Shown here: in pieces, positions 1 to 8,789 of the stretch
How the letters are laid out: each line of letters starts with the position of its first letter
How positions within the stretch are numbered: position 1 is the first letter of the stretch
Virus record (IMG/VR): IMGVR_UViG_3300031417_000380
Origin: a virus
Length of the DNA: 64,000 nucleotides
Direction: 5' to 3' (one strand)
Translations under genes and position numbers: made by a program
Notes under the pieces: generated by a model
Told to the model about the DNA's origin: nothing
Seen by the model: the letters and a program-made list of their open reading frames with translations, nothing else
Databases searched by the model: none

Positions 1-89
1 CACTGTCCGTACGGTTCACCGAGCTGGACACTAAGAACCCAAAGCTCTGGTCGCAGGATTACAAGCAGGTTGAGCGACTCCGAAACTGA
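1..89 (+). CDS. 3' end of a family D membrane-anchored protein (partial, starts before window)
   Basis: Frame 3 reads LSVRFTELDTKNPKLWSQDYKQVERLRN-stop, similar to the C-terminus of 144..539 (LKVSMLHSESAHPTLQVQDIKILQPNR). Confidence 0.55.
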   Translation, partial: LSVRFTELDTKNPKLWSQDYKQVERLRN

Positions 90-143
90 GCAGCTACTCG
101 GTAGCATAGAAGTAACTTCACTCAAGCTAGAAAGGGCTTCATT

Positions 144-539
144 ATGTTTCCATTTATTTGGGATGGGCTCGGCGTTTTCGTCATCGGCGCCGCGATCGGC
201 ATTGCTGGGGTCGTGGGAGCAATACTCGCAAAGAGCAATCTCGCACGGGCGGGTATCGCAGTAGTAGCTCTTGTCTTCGCCGTGCCCCTTGTGGCGCAAA
301 GCCACTCCATTGTTGACCAGGCGAAGAAAGACCGCGGCGCCGATGTAACCACCTACTTGAGCAAGAACTACTCGCTCAAGCTCGAAAGCAACGAGGACGC
401 ATACAAGCTTACCGGGGGAGAGCCCGTTACCGCAGTGGACAAGAACGGCAAGACTCTCAAGGTGAGTATGCTCCACTCTGAGTCAGCTCACCCGACTCTG
501 CAGGTGCAGGATATCAAGATCTTACAGCCGAACCGCTAG
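144..539 (+). CDS. Membrane-anchored hypothetical protein (2 TM + small soluble domain), family D
   Basis: Two hydrophobic segments then VTTYLSKNYSL..AYKLTGG; GAAAGGG RBS; paralog of 551..955. Confidence 0.8.
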   Translation: MFPFIWDGLGVFVIGAAIGIAGVVGAILAKSNLARAGIAVVALVFAVPLVAQSHSIVDQAKKDRGADVTTYLSKNYSLKLESNEDAYKLTGGEPVTAVDKNGKTLKVSMLHSESAHPTLQVQDIKILQPNR

Positions 540-550
540 GAACTATTTTA

Positions 551-955
551 GTGGTTTCTGTTCCTGAGCAATCAGCTCTCAGTCTCCTCTTGATCGCAGT
601 AGGGCTCACTTCGGCACTGGCGACAGTTGCTCTAAGTCTGTGTAAGGCACCCCGGCTCTCAATGTTGGCAGGGATTGTCGCACTGGTCATCGGTACAGCT
701 GGTATCCTACTAGCACAGACGGATCAACATCGGCACGACAGCACTGTACAGGATTACATGGCCACCACTTATGGGCTTACCGTGACTCAAACACAGGCTC
801 GCAGTTTAGCCGATGGTAGCACGGTGGTTGTAAAGGGCGCTGAAGGAAAAGCTGAGAGACTGCGACTCATCAGCCCGTATAAGCCTGACCCGATTCTGGT
901 AAAGGTAACTCAAGCTGGTGCTAGCGGCGACACGATCCGTCCGAAGGCTGACTAA
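551..955 (+). CDS. Membrane-anchored hypothetical protein, family D
   Basis: Two TM segments then VQDYMATTYGL..ARSLADG, aligning with 144..539; AGGA RBS. Confidence 0.8.
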   Translation: MVSVPEQSALSLLLIAVGLTSALATVALSLCKAPRLSMLAGIVALVIGTAGILLAQTDQHRHDSTVQDYMATTYGLTVTQTQARSLADGSTVVVKGAEGKAERLRLISPYKPDPILVKVTQAGASGDTIRPKAD

Positions 956-966
956 ATGTTTGCGAC

Positions 967-1002
967 TTTTGTGTTGCACTGAGCCGCGGGCCGTGATACT
1001 GT
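967..1002 (+). promoter_or_regulatory. Cassette-type sigmaA promoter
   Basis: TTTTGTG-TTGCAC-17 bp-TACTGT. Confidence 0.7.
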
Positions 1003-1045
1003 TGGCTCAACGACGCAAACGGCGTCCAAACCTCAGGAGAATCTC

Positions 1046-1330
1046 GTGGCCATCTCGTTCCAGCAGACCCGCACGATCGAAGCTGTCCAGGCGGGCAAGG
1101 ACTCGCGCTCGACGATCAATGGTTTCGTCCACGAGGGCACCGGGTACGCCTATCTCCAGTACGACGAGGGCGCCCCTTTCGCCGGCATGATCTACCGACG
1201 CTCCGTCGGGGAGCAGGACTCAGGCCGCTGGCTCGTCGACCACGACGACTTCATCGTGAAGGTCAACGGCAAGATCGACAACGTGGTGGACGCCAAGGGG
1301 CTCCTTAACCAGTACGGCCACGCCGCGTAA
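1046..1330 (+). CDS. Small hypothetical protein; stand-alone copy of the C-terminal domain of 1491..2219
   Basis: AGGAG RBS; FQQTRTIEAV...DFIVKVNGKI matches FIQERKIEAL...HYIVKVNGKI. Confidence 0.85.
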   Translation: MAISFQQTRTIEAVQAGKDSRSTINGFVHEGTGYAYLQYDEGAPFAGMIYRRSVGEQDSGRWLVDHDDFIVKVNGKIDNVVDAKGLLNQYGHAA

Positions 1331-1335
1331 CGACT

Positions 1336-1383
1336 TCTTCTCCCCCGATGCGTCCAACAGCATCGGGGGAGAAGAGTGAGAGC
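1336..1383 (+). terminator. Cassette hairpin with purine-rich tail
   Basis: 16-bp stem TCTTCTCCCCCGATGC/GCATCGGGGGAGAAGA, tail GTGAGAGC. Confidence 0.65.
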
Positions 1384-1405
1384 TCTAACTCTTTGAAGGA
1401 TCTTT

Positions 1406-1444
1406 GATTTATGTGTTGCACTAGCTGGCGATCGGTGGTACCGT
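1406..1444 (+). promoter_or_regulatory. Cassette-type sigmaA promoter
   Basis: GATTTATGTG-TTGCAC-17 bp-TACCGT. Confidence 0.7.
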
Positions 1445-1490
1445 TGACTTTGTCGCCACAACCGCGACCCTCACACTTCAGGAGATCATC

Positions 1491-2219
1491 ATGGCTTCCA
1501 ACGAACTCATCCCGGTCAAGCTCACAAACGTCTTCGAAGATGACGAGATCGCTTCGGTCTACATCGAGGGTGACGCAGCCACGCTCGGGGTCAACCTCTG
1601 GCAGGTCGAAGGTTTCTCGCGGAAGTTCGATGGCAGCCAGATGTGGAAGTACCGCCCGGTGGCTGAGTTCGACAGCTTCGAAACGCCCGCCGATCTCAAC
1701 TTCGCTCCCGGTACCATGTTCGCGGCGTTGAACGTCGGCAGTAAGACCTACGGTGGCTACTTCATCGACACTGACGGCACGCTTCGAGCGTTCCTCGGCA
1801 ACGCCAACAGCCGACGCCCCATCGATCTGACCACAGTTCGCCACATCGTCACTCCTCGTGCCAACGGCACCTCGCGGAAGGACCTGTTCGAGCGCCTCTA
1901 CAAGACTCTCACCGACGCCTCACTCAAGCCGAAGGCTCGTCCGGTGGAGTTCATCCAGGAGCGAAAGATCGAGGCGCTCCCTCTCGCCGCGGCTGACGCT
2001 GATGTGATCGAGGACTTCCTCGCTGACACCGGGTTCACGTTCACCGCCCACGAGAACCCGAACAGCTTCATCGGGATCATGCACCAGTCGAACCTCGGCC
2101 CCGCATCCTACGGTCGCCGCTTCCTCGCTCGTGACCACTACATCGTCAAGGTCAACGGTAAGATCGCAGCGGTGACCAAGCTCGACGGCCTCAAGAAGGA
2201 CTTCGACTACGCTGTCTGA
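1491..2219 (+). CDS. Hypothetical protein (242 aa); C-terminal domain paralogous to 1046..1330
   Basis: AGGAG RBS, strong GC3 codon bias, shared IVKVNGKI motif. Confidence 0.88.
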   Translation: MASNELIPVKLTNVFEDDEIASVYIEGDAATLGVNLWQVEGFSRKFDGSQMWKYRPVAEFDSFETPADLNFAPGTMFAALNVGSKTYGGYFIDTDGTLRAFLGNANSRRPIDLTTVRHIVTPRANGTSRKDLFERLYKTLTDASLKPKARPVEFIQERKIEALPLAAADADVIEDFLADTGFTFTAHENPNSFIGIMHQSNLGPASYGRRFLARDHYIVKVNGKIAAVTKLDGLKKDFDYAV

Positions 2220-2225
2220 ACTCTC

Positions 2226-2276
2226 GCTTCTCCTCTCCAGCCTGCTAACATCGGTCGGAGAGGAGAAGTGTAAGTC
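2226..2276 (+). terminator. Cassette hairpin with purine-rich tail
   Basis: Stem GCTTCTCCTCTCC/GGAGAGGAGAAGT, tail GTAAG. Confidence 0.6.
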
Positions 2277-2283
2277 TGTTTCT

Positions 2284-2321
2284 TTTTTGTGTTGTGCAAA
2301 ACGCAGAGTTACGTGTATGAT
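2284..2321 (+). promoter_or_regulatory. Cassette-type sigmaA promoter
   Basis: TTTTTGTG-TTGTGC-18 bp-TATGAT. Confidence 0.65.
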
Positions 2322-2351
2322 TGACATAGGCTAACAACGAGGAGGAAGCTC

Positions 2352-2612
2352 ATGGCTCGGCCCACCCGCACCATCCGCGTTCCCCGTCTCACCAAGGTCC
2401 ACCTGGAAAAGCTCCGCGCAACCGCTGGTGAACTCGGCCCGTTCATCACGGCACCTCTCATCGAGACCGAGCAGGATGCTATCCGTATGGCGCGCAGCCG
2501 GCTAGCTGATGAGCTTGAGGCTCGTTACCAGGAAGCTCGCGTCATCGGCCTGAAGAAGGTCATCTGGGACGAGCCGGCTCAGGTCTGGGCCATCGTTTTC
2601 GACTACATCTGA
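2352..2612 (+). CDS. Small hypothetical protein, paralog of 2640..2897
   Basis: GAGGAGG RBS; VPRLT...KVIWDEPAQVWAI. Confidence 0.85.
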   Translation: MARPTRTIRVPRLTKVHLEKLRATAGELGPFITAPLIETEQDAIRMARSRLADELEARYQEARVIGLKKVIWDEPAQVWAIVFDYI

Positions 2613-2639
2613 TCAACGACTCTCATAAAGGAAAAGCTC

Positions 2640-2897
2640 ATGAGCATTAACTCCACCGTCGTCTCTGTCCCTAGGATCACCGAAGCCGAGGCTGACGCAG
2701 CGAAGCTCAAGCTCGGGCGTCTCGCTCGCTTTAGCTCCATCCCGGTGATCGACAGCGAGGACTCCGCTGTCTTCCACGGCATGATGGTAGCGGCGAACCG
2801 CTGTGTGGAACAGGAGCTCGGGGGTATCGGCGAGGTCGAGAAGGTGGAGTACGACGAGACCGCCGCACAGTGGAACATCACCTACAGCATCGTTTAG
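2640..2897 (+). CDS. Small hypothetical protein, paralog of 2352..2612
   Basis: AAAGGA RBS; VPRIT...KVEYDETAAQWNI. Confidence 0.85.
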   Translation: MSINSTVVSVPRITEAEADAAKLKLGRLARFSSIPVIDSEDSAVFHGMMVAANRCVEQELGGIGEVEKVEYDETAAQWNITYSIV

Positions 2898-3040
2898 TAA
2901 TCTGTGAAGTCGCAGGTGTTCTTCACAGCACTGCCTGATAGCTAACACCAGAAAATACTCGTCCCAGATCAGAGGTAAATCTCATCGAAGCTCGTCCATA
3001 TCACTCGCTGTTAGACGCGATCGTTACCTGGCTCCTAGTC

Positions 3041-3334
3041 ATGGTTGGCGTTGCCACGATCATCGTCTGTACCGGCTATGTCTTTGACCTCAATCTACGC
3101 TCATACGCTGCTTGTGCAGAGGCGGGATCAACCTGCTCTGACTTCGGCTGGCATTCGAGCATGCTACTAACCTTCTGGGGCGGAATCACTGTAGTAGGCA
3201 TCGCCGGCGTCAAGGCTCGACGAAGAGCTAGTAACTCAGTCTACGGCTGGTGGCTTCTTCTCATCGGTATCGCCGCCGCTGTAGGATTCGGCGCTATCGG
3301 TGTGGCTCTAGTAAAGCTAACAGTAGCTCCTTAA
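3041..3334 (+). CDS. Small membrane protein (about 3 TM); start uncertain
   Basis: Three hydrophobic segments; frame stays open upstream without a canonical start. Confidence 0.6.
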   Translation: MVGVATIIVCTGYVFDLNLRSYAACAEAGSTCSDFGWHSSMLLTFWGGITVVGIAGVKARRRASNSVYGWWLLLIGIAAAVGFGAIGVALVKLTVAP

Positions 3335-3367
3335 TGTGTTGCGCGTTTCGATGTGACCGTGTACAGT
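3333..3367 (+). promoter_or_regulatory. Cassette-type sigmaA promoter
   Basis: ATGTG-TTGCGC-17 bp-TACAGT. Confidence 0.7.
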
Positions 3368-3415
3368 TAGTCTCACAACGAACGAACATCGCTTCACTTC
3401 GAAAGGCTTTCTCTC

Positions 3416-3673
3416 ATGGCTTCCACCACTCTCGTCCTCGCCGAGGTCCGCTTCGCTCTCACCGTTCTCAACGACGTGCTGGACGAGTTCTCGGCTCGCA
3501 TGGATGCTCTCGGGTTCCGTGTGGAGGACGCGAACCTGGAGACCGGCGTCGTCACGGTTGACGCCTCGAGCGACCCGGACGACTACAGCGTGCTCATGGC
3601 CGCCAGCGATGCTGCTCAGGCCGTCGGTATCAACGCTGACCAGAACGTCATCGAAGCCAACATCAAGGAGTAA
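3416..3673 (+). CDS. Small acidic hypothetical protein
   Basis: GAAAGG RBS, GC3-rich codons. Confidence 0.8.
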   Translation: MASTTLVLAEVRFALTVLNDVLDEFSARMDALGFRVEDANLETGVVTVDASSDPDDYSVLMAASDAAQAVGINADQNVIEANIKE

Positions 3674-3677
3674 CAGC

Positions 3678-3872
3678 GTGGCTGGCATCGACCGCAAGGA
3701 CATCCGAGAAGAAGCCGCTTCGCGCGTCAAGGGGCTCTACCCCAAGAACGCTAAGGCCACGAAGTGGATCGAGGACAGGTTCGTCGCCCGTCTCGAGGAT
3801 CAGGAAGAACTCACCGAAGAGATCGTGACTCGCGAGATGCACCGCGCGATCATCGAATTCTACAAGCGCTGA
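3678..3872 (+). CDS. Small hypothetical protein (64 aa; start corrected from 3504)
   Basis: AAGGAG RBS then GTG GCT GGC just after the upstream stop. Confidence 0.75.
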   Translation: MAGIDRKDIREEAASRVKGLYPKNAKATKWIEDRFVARLEDQEELTEEIVTREMHRAIIEFYKR

Positions 3873-3873
3873 C

Positions 3874-3926
3874 CACTTAACTCCCGACAGCTAAGCATCA
3901 CGCTGTCGGGAGTTAAGTGTAAGAGC
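3874..3926 (+). terminator. Cassette hairpin with purine-rich tail
   Basis: 18-bp stem CACTTAACTCCCGACAGC/GCTGTCGGGAGTTAAGTG, tail TAAGAGC. Confidence 0.65.
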
Positions 3927-3937
3927 AACACGCCGTA

Positions 3938-3976
3938 TTTTTTGTGTTGCAAGTTCTGTCAGACTTCATATACGAT
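3938..3976 (+). promoter_or_regulatory. Cassette-type sigmaA promoter
   Basis: TTTTTTGTG-TTGCAA-18 bp-TACGAT. Confidence 0.7.
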
Positions 3977-4003
3977 AAGCTTAGGCAAACCGAAAGGCTT
4001 ATC

Positions 4004-4213
4004 ATGGCTTACGACGCGGCGAACACCCTCTACATCGACCCGACCGATCACACGGTCTACCGTGTTGTGGTAATCCCCGCCAGCGTCGCCGGTTCGACTC
4101 AGGTGCGCTACATGGAGCACGACAGCCACGGTGACCACCCGCGTGCTCTCAACCAGCTTCCTGCCGACTGTATCAAGATCTGGGATCCGAGCGCGCAGGT
4201 CTCGCTCTTCTAG
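4004..4213 (+). CDS. Small hypothetical protein (start corrected from 3944)
   Basis: GAAAGG RBS then ATG GCT TAC. Confidence 0.75.
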   Translation: MAYDAANTLYIDPTDHTVYRVVVIPASVAGSTQVRYMEHDSHGDHPRALNQLPADCIKIWDPSAQVSLF

Positions 4214-4222
4214 CTCTCACTC

Positions 4223-4261
4223 GATTTTCGTATTGCGAACTCTTAGCGAAGGGTGTATAGT
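4223..4261 (+). promoter_or_regulatory. Cassette-type promoter, leaderless
   Basis: GATTTTCGTA-TTGCGA-17 bp-TATAGT, 7 nt before ATG 4269. Confidence 0.75.
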
Positions 4262-4268
4262 TAGACTC

Positions 4269-4565
4269 ATGGAAACCACTCCGAACGACATCCTCGCCAC
4301 CCCTCTCAACCCGGCCGCGTTCCAGGCGGCGATCGTGTTCTTCATCCAGACCCCGACCCTCTCCGGCTCGGAGCAGTACTCCGAGGCCATGTACCTGATC
4401 ACCTGGCCGCGCGACGGTGAGGTGCTCATCGAAGGCGCTCACGGCGACCGCTACGTCTTCGCTCGCAAGGACGGCGTTCTCTCCCTCGGCTACCCCGAAA
4501 ACGACTACTCCGGAGACCCGGTTATCGTGGACACCTTCAACAAGCTGATGGCTCGTCACTCTTAA
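4269..4565 (+). CDS. Small hypothetical protein, paralog of 4654..4947 (start corrected from 4131)
   Basis: Leaderless ATG; C-terminus TFNKLMARH versus AFNRLMEEH. Confidence 0.82.
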   Translation: METTPNDILATPLNPAAFQAAIVFFIQTPTLSGSEQYSEAMYLITWPRDGEVLIEGAHGDRYVFARKDGVLSLGYPENDYSGDPVIVDTFNKLMARHS

Positions 4566-4577
4566 TCTTCAACGCTC

Positions 4578-4610
4578 TCTAGGTCGCTTCGGCGGCCTAG
4601 AAGTATGAGA
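4578..4610 (+). terminator. Cassette hairpin (TTCG loop)
   Basis: TCTAGGTCGC-TTCG-GCGGCCTAGA, tail AGTATGAGA. Confidence 0.65.
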
Positions 4611-4611
4611 C

Positions 4612-4647
4612 TTATGTGTTGTACATTTCGTTGAAGCTTGATACTGT
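4612..4647 (+). promoter_or_regulatory. Cassette-type promoter, leaderless
   Basis: TTATGTG-TTGTAC-17 bp-TACTGT, 6 nt before ATG 4654. Confidence 0.7.
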
Positions 4648-4653
4648 GTATCT

Positions 4654-4947
4654 ATGACGCTCACCGAATCCCAGCTGCAGTACAAGGCTGACACCGCTCG
4701 TGTCCAGGCCATGACCGAGTTCTTCATGAACTACTTCCTCGACTCGGAGCAGCGCAACGAACTCTTCGAGGTACTGATCTTCGCTCGCGACTCGGAGGCG
4801 ACTGTTGAGCTTCACGGTCGCAAGTACCGGCTGCTTCGCGTCAACGACAAGTTCAGGATGGAGCGGCCGATCGGTGACGACACGGGGCTCGAGTCGCTCA
4901 TCACGGCGTTCAACCGGCTGATGGAGGAGCACAACACTCTCGCATAA
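4654..4947 (+). CDS. Small hypothetical protein, paralog of 4269..4565
   Basis: EQRNELFEVLIFARDSE versus EQYSEAMYLITWPRDGE. Confidence 0.82.
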   Translation: MTLTESQLQYKADTARVQAMTEFFMNYFLDSEQRNELFEVLIFARDSEATVELHGRKYRLLRVNDKFRMERPIGDDTGLESLITAFNRLMEEHNTLA

Positions 4948-4957
4948 CACCTGCCTC

Positions 4958-4994
4958 GCTTACTGGGTCGCTTCGGCGGCCTAGAAGCATAAGA
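4958..4994 (+). terminator. Cassette hairpin, near-identical to 4578-4610
   Basis: GGTCGCTTCGGCGGCCTAGAAG shared; tail CATAAGA. Confidence 0.6.
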
Positions 4995-5031
4995 TTTTCG
5001 TATTGCGTCTATAGATTTGTCCATGTAGAGT
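4993..5031 (+). promoter_or_regulatory. Cassette-type sigmaA promoter
   Basis: GATTTTCGTA-TTGCGT-17 bp-TAGAGT. Confidence 0.7.
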
Positions 5032-5079
5032 AAGCTTTGTCAGGGAGGATAGCTTCCTCATATTGAACAGGAGAACATC

Positions 5080-5307
5080 ATGGCTCACAGTGACTGCACC
5101 ATCAACGGTCCTCACAAGAAGCACTCGGTTAACGTCGGAAACATGAGGTATGACCTGTACGAGCACTGTGCCGGTATCCCCACCGCTGCTGAGCTCGTTC
5201 GCATCGAGCAGAAGCAGAAGCTCCGCGAACTCAAGCTGGCGATCAAGCTCAAGAAGTCGACGGAGCGCCACGCTCGCAAGATGACTCGCCTCGCTGTTCA
5301 CAGCTGA
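5080..5307 (+). CDS. Small basic hypothetical protein with Cys/His-rich N-terminus
   Basis: AGGAG RBS; CxxxxxHxxH...CxG pattern, possible metal site. Confidence 0.75.
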   Translation: MAHSDCTINGPHKKHSVNVGNMRYDLYEHCAGIPTAAELVRIEQKQKLRELKLAIKLKKSTERHARKMTRLAVHS

Positions 5308-5344
5308 TTTTCGTATTGCACAAGCCGTACGAACCTGTTAGCGT
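5306..5344 (+). promoter_or_regulatory. Cassette-type sigmaA promoter
   Basis: GATTTTCGTA-TTGCAC-17 bp-TAGCGT. Confidence 0.7.
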
Positions 5345-5384
5345 TGTACTCGTCACCGCAACACCTTCGAACCAAGGAGAAATC

Positions 5385-5744
5385 GTGTCGATTCGCTCGC
5401 TCTTCAACCGCAAGGACGCCGTTGTCGAGGCTCCGGCACCCGCACCGCTCATCAGCGACGAGAAGCTCGCAGTCGCCACGGTGATCCTCAAGCGCGTCGG
5501 TCTCATCGACCCGGAGATCTACGGCTTCGACCGTTCGATCCAGCGGCTGGGAAGCTACTTCGGGAACAGGTTCGAGTGGACGGAGCGCTCCAGCAAGATG
5601 CGCTTCCTGATCCGACTGGACCCGGAACGCACTCACGTCCGCAGCATCACCGTGGTCACCATCACCGATGGGGAGAACTCGCGCTACTCCAACAGCCTCA
5701 TCGCTCAGGCCAACGAGGAGCTCAAGGCACTCTTTACCATCTGA
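5385..5744 (+). CDS. Hypothetical protein (start corrected from 5316)
   Basis: AAGGAG RBS then GTG TCG ATT. Confidence 0.8.
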   Translation: MSIRSLFNRKDAVVEAPAPAPLISDEKLAVATVILKRVGLIDPEIYGFDRSIQRLGSYFGNRFEWTERSSKMRFLIRLDPERTHVRSITVVTITDGENSRYSNSLIAQANEELKALFTI

Positions 5745-5757
5745 TACTCTCAAGCTC

Positions 5758-5801
5758 TTTCCCGTTGCTACCTCGTGTGGCGACGGGAGAAGTGTAAGAG
5801 C
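5758..5801 (+). terminator. Cassette hairpin with purine-rich tail
   Basis: TTTCCCGTTGCTA/TGGCGACGGGAGA with G-U pairs, tail AGTGTAAGAGC. Confidence 0.6.
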
Positions 5802-5888
5802 TTAAGATGCTCTACAGCTGTCTAACAGTCTCGAAAGTTTGCCGATGTCGTTGTTCGTAGACTGCAACAAAGACTGTCTACAACGCTT

Positions 5889-6455
5889 TTAATCACCTCG
5901 AGCCGTGCGGAGAGCGATCTGACGCTGAGGGGTCGGCAAGCGAAGCTCTCGAATCGCAGCCTGAAACTCAGTCAGGTAGCTGTCAAGCGTCGGCTGACCG
6001 GTGTTGAACTCGAACTCATCCCCAAGCCAGGTGGCGTGCAGCCCGAGCTCAATGGTCGCCATCGCACTTAGCAACACTCCGGTTCGCATCGGCTTGTTTC
6101 GAAGCGGCCGCGTTAGATCCTGAACCCACTCTGGGGACCATTCTTCAGTATCCCGAGTCGGGAGAAAAAGCTCATAGATGTCGGAAGAAGGCGCTGGGCA
6201 ACCGATCCGCCGCATGAACACCGGGAACCCGACGACTAGCACCGAAGCTATGTCGTGTGCCAGCTGATCCGCGTTGCCTCGAATCCTACCGTAGATCTGA
6301 AAGACTTCATCAAACTGAGCTCTCTCGTTCACACGGCTCTCACGATCCCAGAACGCTGTGTAGTAGTAATAGATCGATCGACCGTAGTAGACCTCTAAGA
6401 GCGAGTAACCTCTACCAGCCCAATCAGACTCTAAGAAGTCGAGATACGGTGTCAT
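5889..6455 (-). CDS. Family B paralog (shorter member)
   Basis: LGLHATWLGDEFEFNTGQPTLDSYLTEFQAAIRE; ATGA overlap with upstream gene. Confidence 0.82.
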   Translation of the reverse strand: MTPYLDFLESDWAGRGYSLLEVYYGRSIYYYYTAFWDRESRVNERAQFDEVFQIYGRIRGNADQLAHDIASVLVVGFPVFMRRIGCPAPSSDIYELFLPTRDTEEWSPEWVQDLTRPLRNKPMRTGVLLSAMATIELGLHATWLGDEFEFNTGQPTLDSYLTEFQAAIRELRLPTPQRQIALRTARGD

Positions 6456-7279
6456 AGCCTTTCCCCGTAAGCAGCTTTGAAGTACAGCTCAAGCACTCTG
6501 TCATCCATCACCTCTGTAAAAGGACGATCATACTCCATAAGTGCTGGATAAGGAGTACTGACTGGGAATCGATCGGTCGAGCCTTGGTGCCGTCGTTTGA
6601 GCTCCATCGTGACCCGAATCCTCCGAAGTCGCTCCTGAGCCTGAGGCTTTGGCAAGCTAAACTCGAGCATCATGGCGGAAAGCTCAGCGAACAGCTCATC
6701 CATACGGGGTACACCGGTACTGACCGGAAGAGGCTCGTAGTGCCAGGCTGCCTCAAGAGCATATGAGAGCGATGCTACGAAAATGTAGAACTCTGAATCG
6801 ATGAGATCGGCTTCCGAGCTAAGCTGAAGTCGCTCCAGACCGATGTTGACTTCGGTGCTAAGATGCTTCATCGTAGAAAGAGGCATTACAGCTAGCTTGA
6901 GTATGGGAGCGTGCAGAGTAAATATATCCTCATCAACAGGGCTCCTTCTAAGGCGCTGTAGCTGTTTCTTAGACCGACGAACCAGGATATCTGCAACGCA
7001 CTCGCAGAACTCATCTACCGTACGCTCACTTCCGCTGGCCACGAAACCTTCGGCTAAAGCTTCTGCCTGTAGTAACCCCTCAGCATCCAGCGAAAGAGCG
7101 GCTTGTTTAAGCTCCGGAGTCCATAGGCTTCGCATAAACTGACGCTCGTCCTGAAAGCCGTAGACAGCCGAGTCGGCTTTGACTGCTTGCCAGCCTCTCT
7201 TGCACGTCTTGCCAGCTAGCTTAACTGAAAGCTCAGTCTCGGACACGGTTGCTCTTCTTGTAGACATCTTCAAGTTCAT
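6452..7279 (-). CDS. Family B paralog (start may be GTG 7246)
   Basis: SLWTPELK ... ALEAAWHYEPLPVSTGVPRMDELF. Confidence 0.82.
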   Translation of the reverse strand: MNLKMSTRRATVSETELSVKLAGKTCKRGWQAVKADSAVYGFQDERQFMRSLWTPELKQAALSLDAEGLLQAEALAEGFVASGSERTVDEFCECVADILVRRSKKQLQRLRRSPVDEDIFTLHAPILKLAVMPLSTMKHLSTEVNIGLERLQLSSEADLIDSEFYIFVASLSYALEAAWHYEPLPVSTGVPRMDELFAELSAMMLEFSLPKPQAQERLRRIRVTMELKRRHQGSTDRFPVSTPYPALMEYDRPFTEVMDDRVLELYFKAAYGERL

Positions 7280-8009
7280 CGGGGTCGATCATGTACCCAG
7301 CGTTCTCCGGCAGAAGCAATGTCTCTACGTTCCGGTCGACCCCGATTGAGACGGTGTTGGGCCGATCGTATTTCCAGCTGAACTCTTGAACTAGTCGCCG
7401 TCTGCGCATGAGCTCTAGTGTCGCCGGTCGACCGATACGGCCCTCCCGGATAGCGTCCTGAGTCTCTTTAAGAAGCCGGTCAAGAGTCGGCAGTCCAGTG
7501 ACAAGCTCCGGCTCATCGTGCCACCAGGCGGCGACGAGCGCCAAATGCATCGCTGCAACCCAGGCTATTACGGCTGGCTTTCCTCGAGTCCATTCGTTCT
7601 CGATCTGTACGTTCAAGCCTAACTTTTCAGCACCGCGGCTGGCCATCGATGACAGAATTGCCCTCGGTATGCCTCGATCCTCCACCTCTGGAAGAAGAAG
7701 ATCGTACATCACAGTCTTGTTCAACCTCCCGCCGGTGTAGAAGATGTCCTCCGCTAGATAGTAAACCGAGGATAGGTAGATAGCCTCGGAGAAAATAGAC
7801 TCAGTGAGCTCAGGTTTGAGAGTCTGCACACAGCGTAAAAGTTCCGGTAGCTGTGGATACCCAGCTTTGTCTCGAAGCGTATCCGGAGAGCGTAGCTCCT
7901 TCATCCACAGGCTTTCGGGGAGCGACTCATCAGGCCAGTGAATGATCGGCGGCTTGCCAAAAGTGTAGCCGTAAACGTTGTCTAGCCAGGAATGCTCACT
8001 CTTAGACAC
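7233..8009 (-). CDS. Family B paralog
   Basis: SLWMKELR ... ALVAAWWHDEPELVTGLPTLDRLLKETQDAIRE. Confidence 0.82.
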   Translation of the reverse strand: MSKSEHSWLDNVYGYTFGKPPIIHWPDESLPESLWMKELRSPDTLRDKAGYPQLPELLRCVQTLKPELTESIFSEAIYLSSVYYLAEDIFYTGGRLNKTVMYDLLLPEVEDRGIPRAILSSMASRGAEKLGLNVQIENEWTRGKPAVIAWVAAMHLALVAAWWHDEPELVTGLPTLDRLLKETQDAIREGRIGRPATLELMRRRRLVQEFSWKYDRPNTVSIGVDRNVETLLLPENAGYMIDPDELEDVYKKSNRVRD

Positions 8010-8424
8010 TCGTGGTGATCCGATTTCTTCTCTTGCGCTCTGTCTTACGATCGGCTTCTAGCTGAGCAGCGTAGGCTTGAGACCGGGCCATAATTGCATC
8101 ATACGTCATGGTAGGCTCATCCGCTTTGAGCGACCAGTACCAGGAAAGACCGCTCAGATGAAGAGCTAGCTTCAAGAACGCAGCATCAGGCATAGTGGGC
8201 AGCTTTTCCTCAAAGAGTAGTGCAATCTTAAAGTTTTCCCCAGGATTGAGGTGAGTTCGTCGAGTGAGCATATGAATCTGGTACGACGGCTGAGGCTCAG
8301 GAGCGTGAACAAGCTTTGTCTGCTTCCAGTCAATAGCTAACAATAGAGGATAGTCCAAGGTCGACCCCCCATCGAACACGAGTAGCCGGCCTTCTTTCTT
8401 TGCCTGTTCTAGCTTCTCGTTCAC
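8002..8424 (-). CDS. Family C paralog (start corrected from 8457)
   Basis: AKKEGRL ... IHMLTRRTHLNPGE; GTGA overlap. Confidence 0.82.
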   Translation of the reverse strand: MNEKLEQAKKEGRLLVFDGGSTLDYPLLLAIDWKQTKLVHAPEPQPSYQIHMLTRRTHLNPGENFKIALLFEEKLPTMPDAAFLKLALHLSGLSWYWSLKADEPTMTYDAIMARSQAYAAQLEADRKTERKRRNRITTSV

Positions 8425-8789
8425 GCCTTTGCCTCCTGCTTCTTCTTTTTGAGCCACTCGTGGAAGTCAGCATCGCTGGCCTCCCCGTTAAGGGCAAGAC
8501 CCCACCAAACACCGGTACCTGTTTCGCCGACGCTGAAACAAAGGTAAGCAGCCGGCTCGTATTCTGCCAAAGGAGCTTCAGTGATTACGTAGAGCTTGCC
8601 AAACTCCTCAGGATTAAGAGTGCTTCTGCGGGTGATGAAATGTAGCTCGAAACCTTTGAGCTTGTGACTAGTCACAAGCTTTGTGGCGTTTCGATTTACA
8701 CTCAAAGTGATCGGCATGGTCAAATCGTTCTGGAACTCAAGTTTAGCTAGACGCCCCTCTTCCTTCGCCTTAAGTAGTCGCTCGTTCAT
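8421..8789 (-). CDS. Family C paralog
   Basis: AKEEGRL ... LHFITRRSTLNPEE. Confidence 0.85.
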   Translation of the reverse strand: MNERLLKAKEEGRLAKLEFQNDLTMPITLSVNRNATKLVTSHKLKGFELHFITRRSTLNPEEFGKLYVITEAPLAEYEPAAYLCFSVGETGTGVWWGLALNGEASDADFHEWLKKKKQEAKA

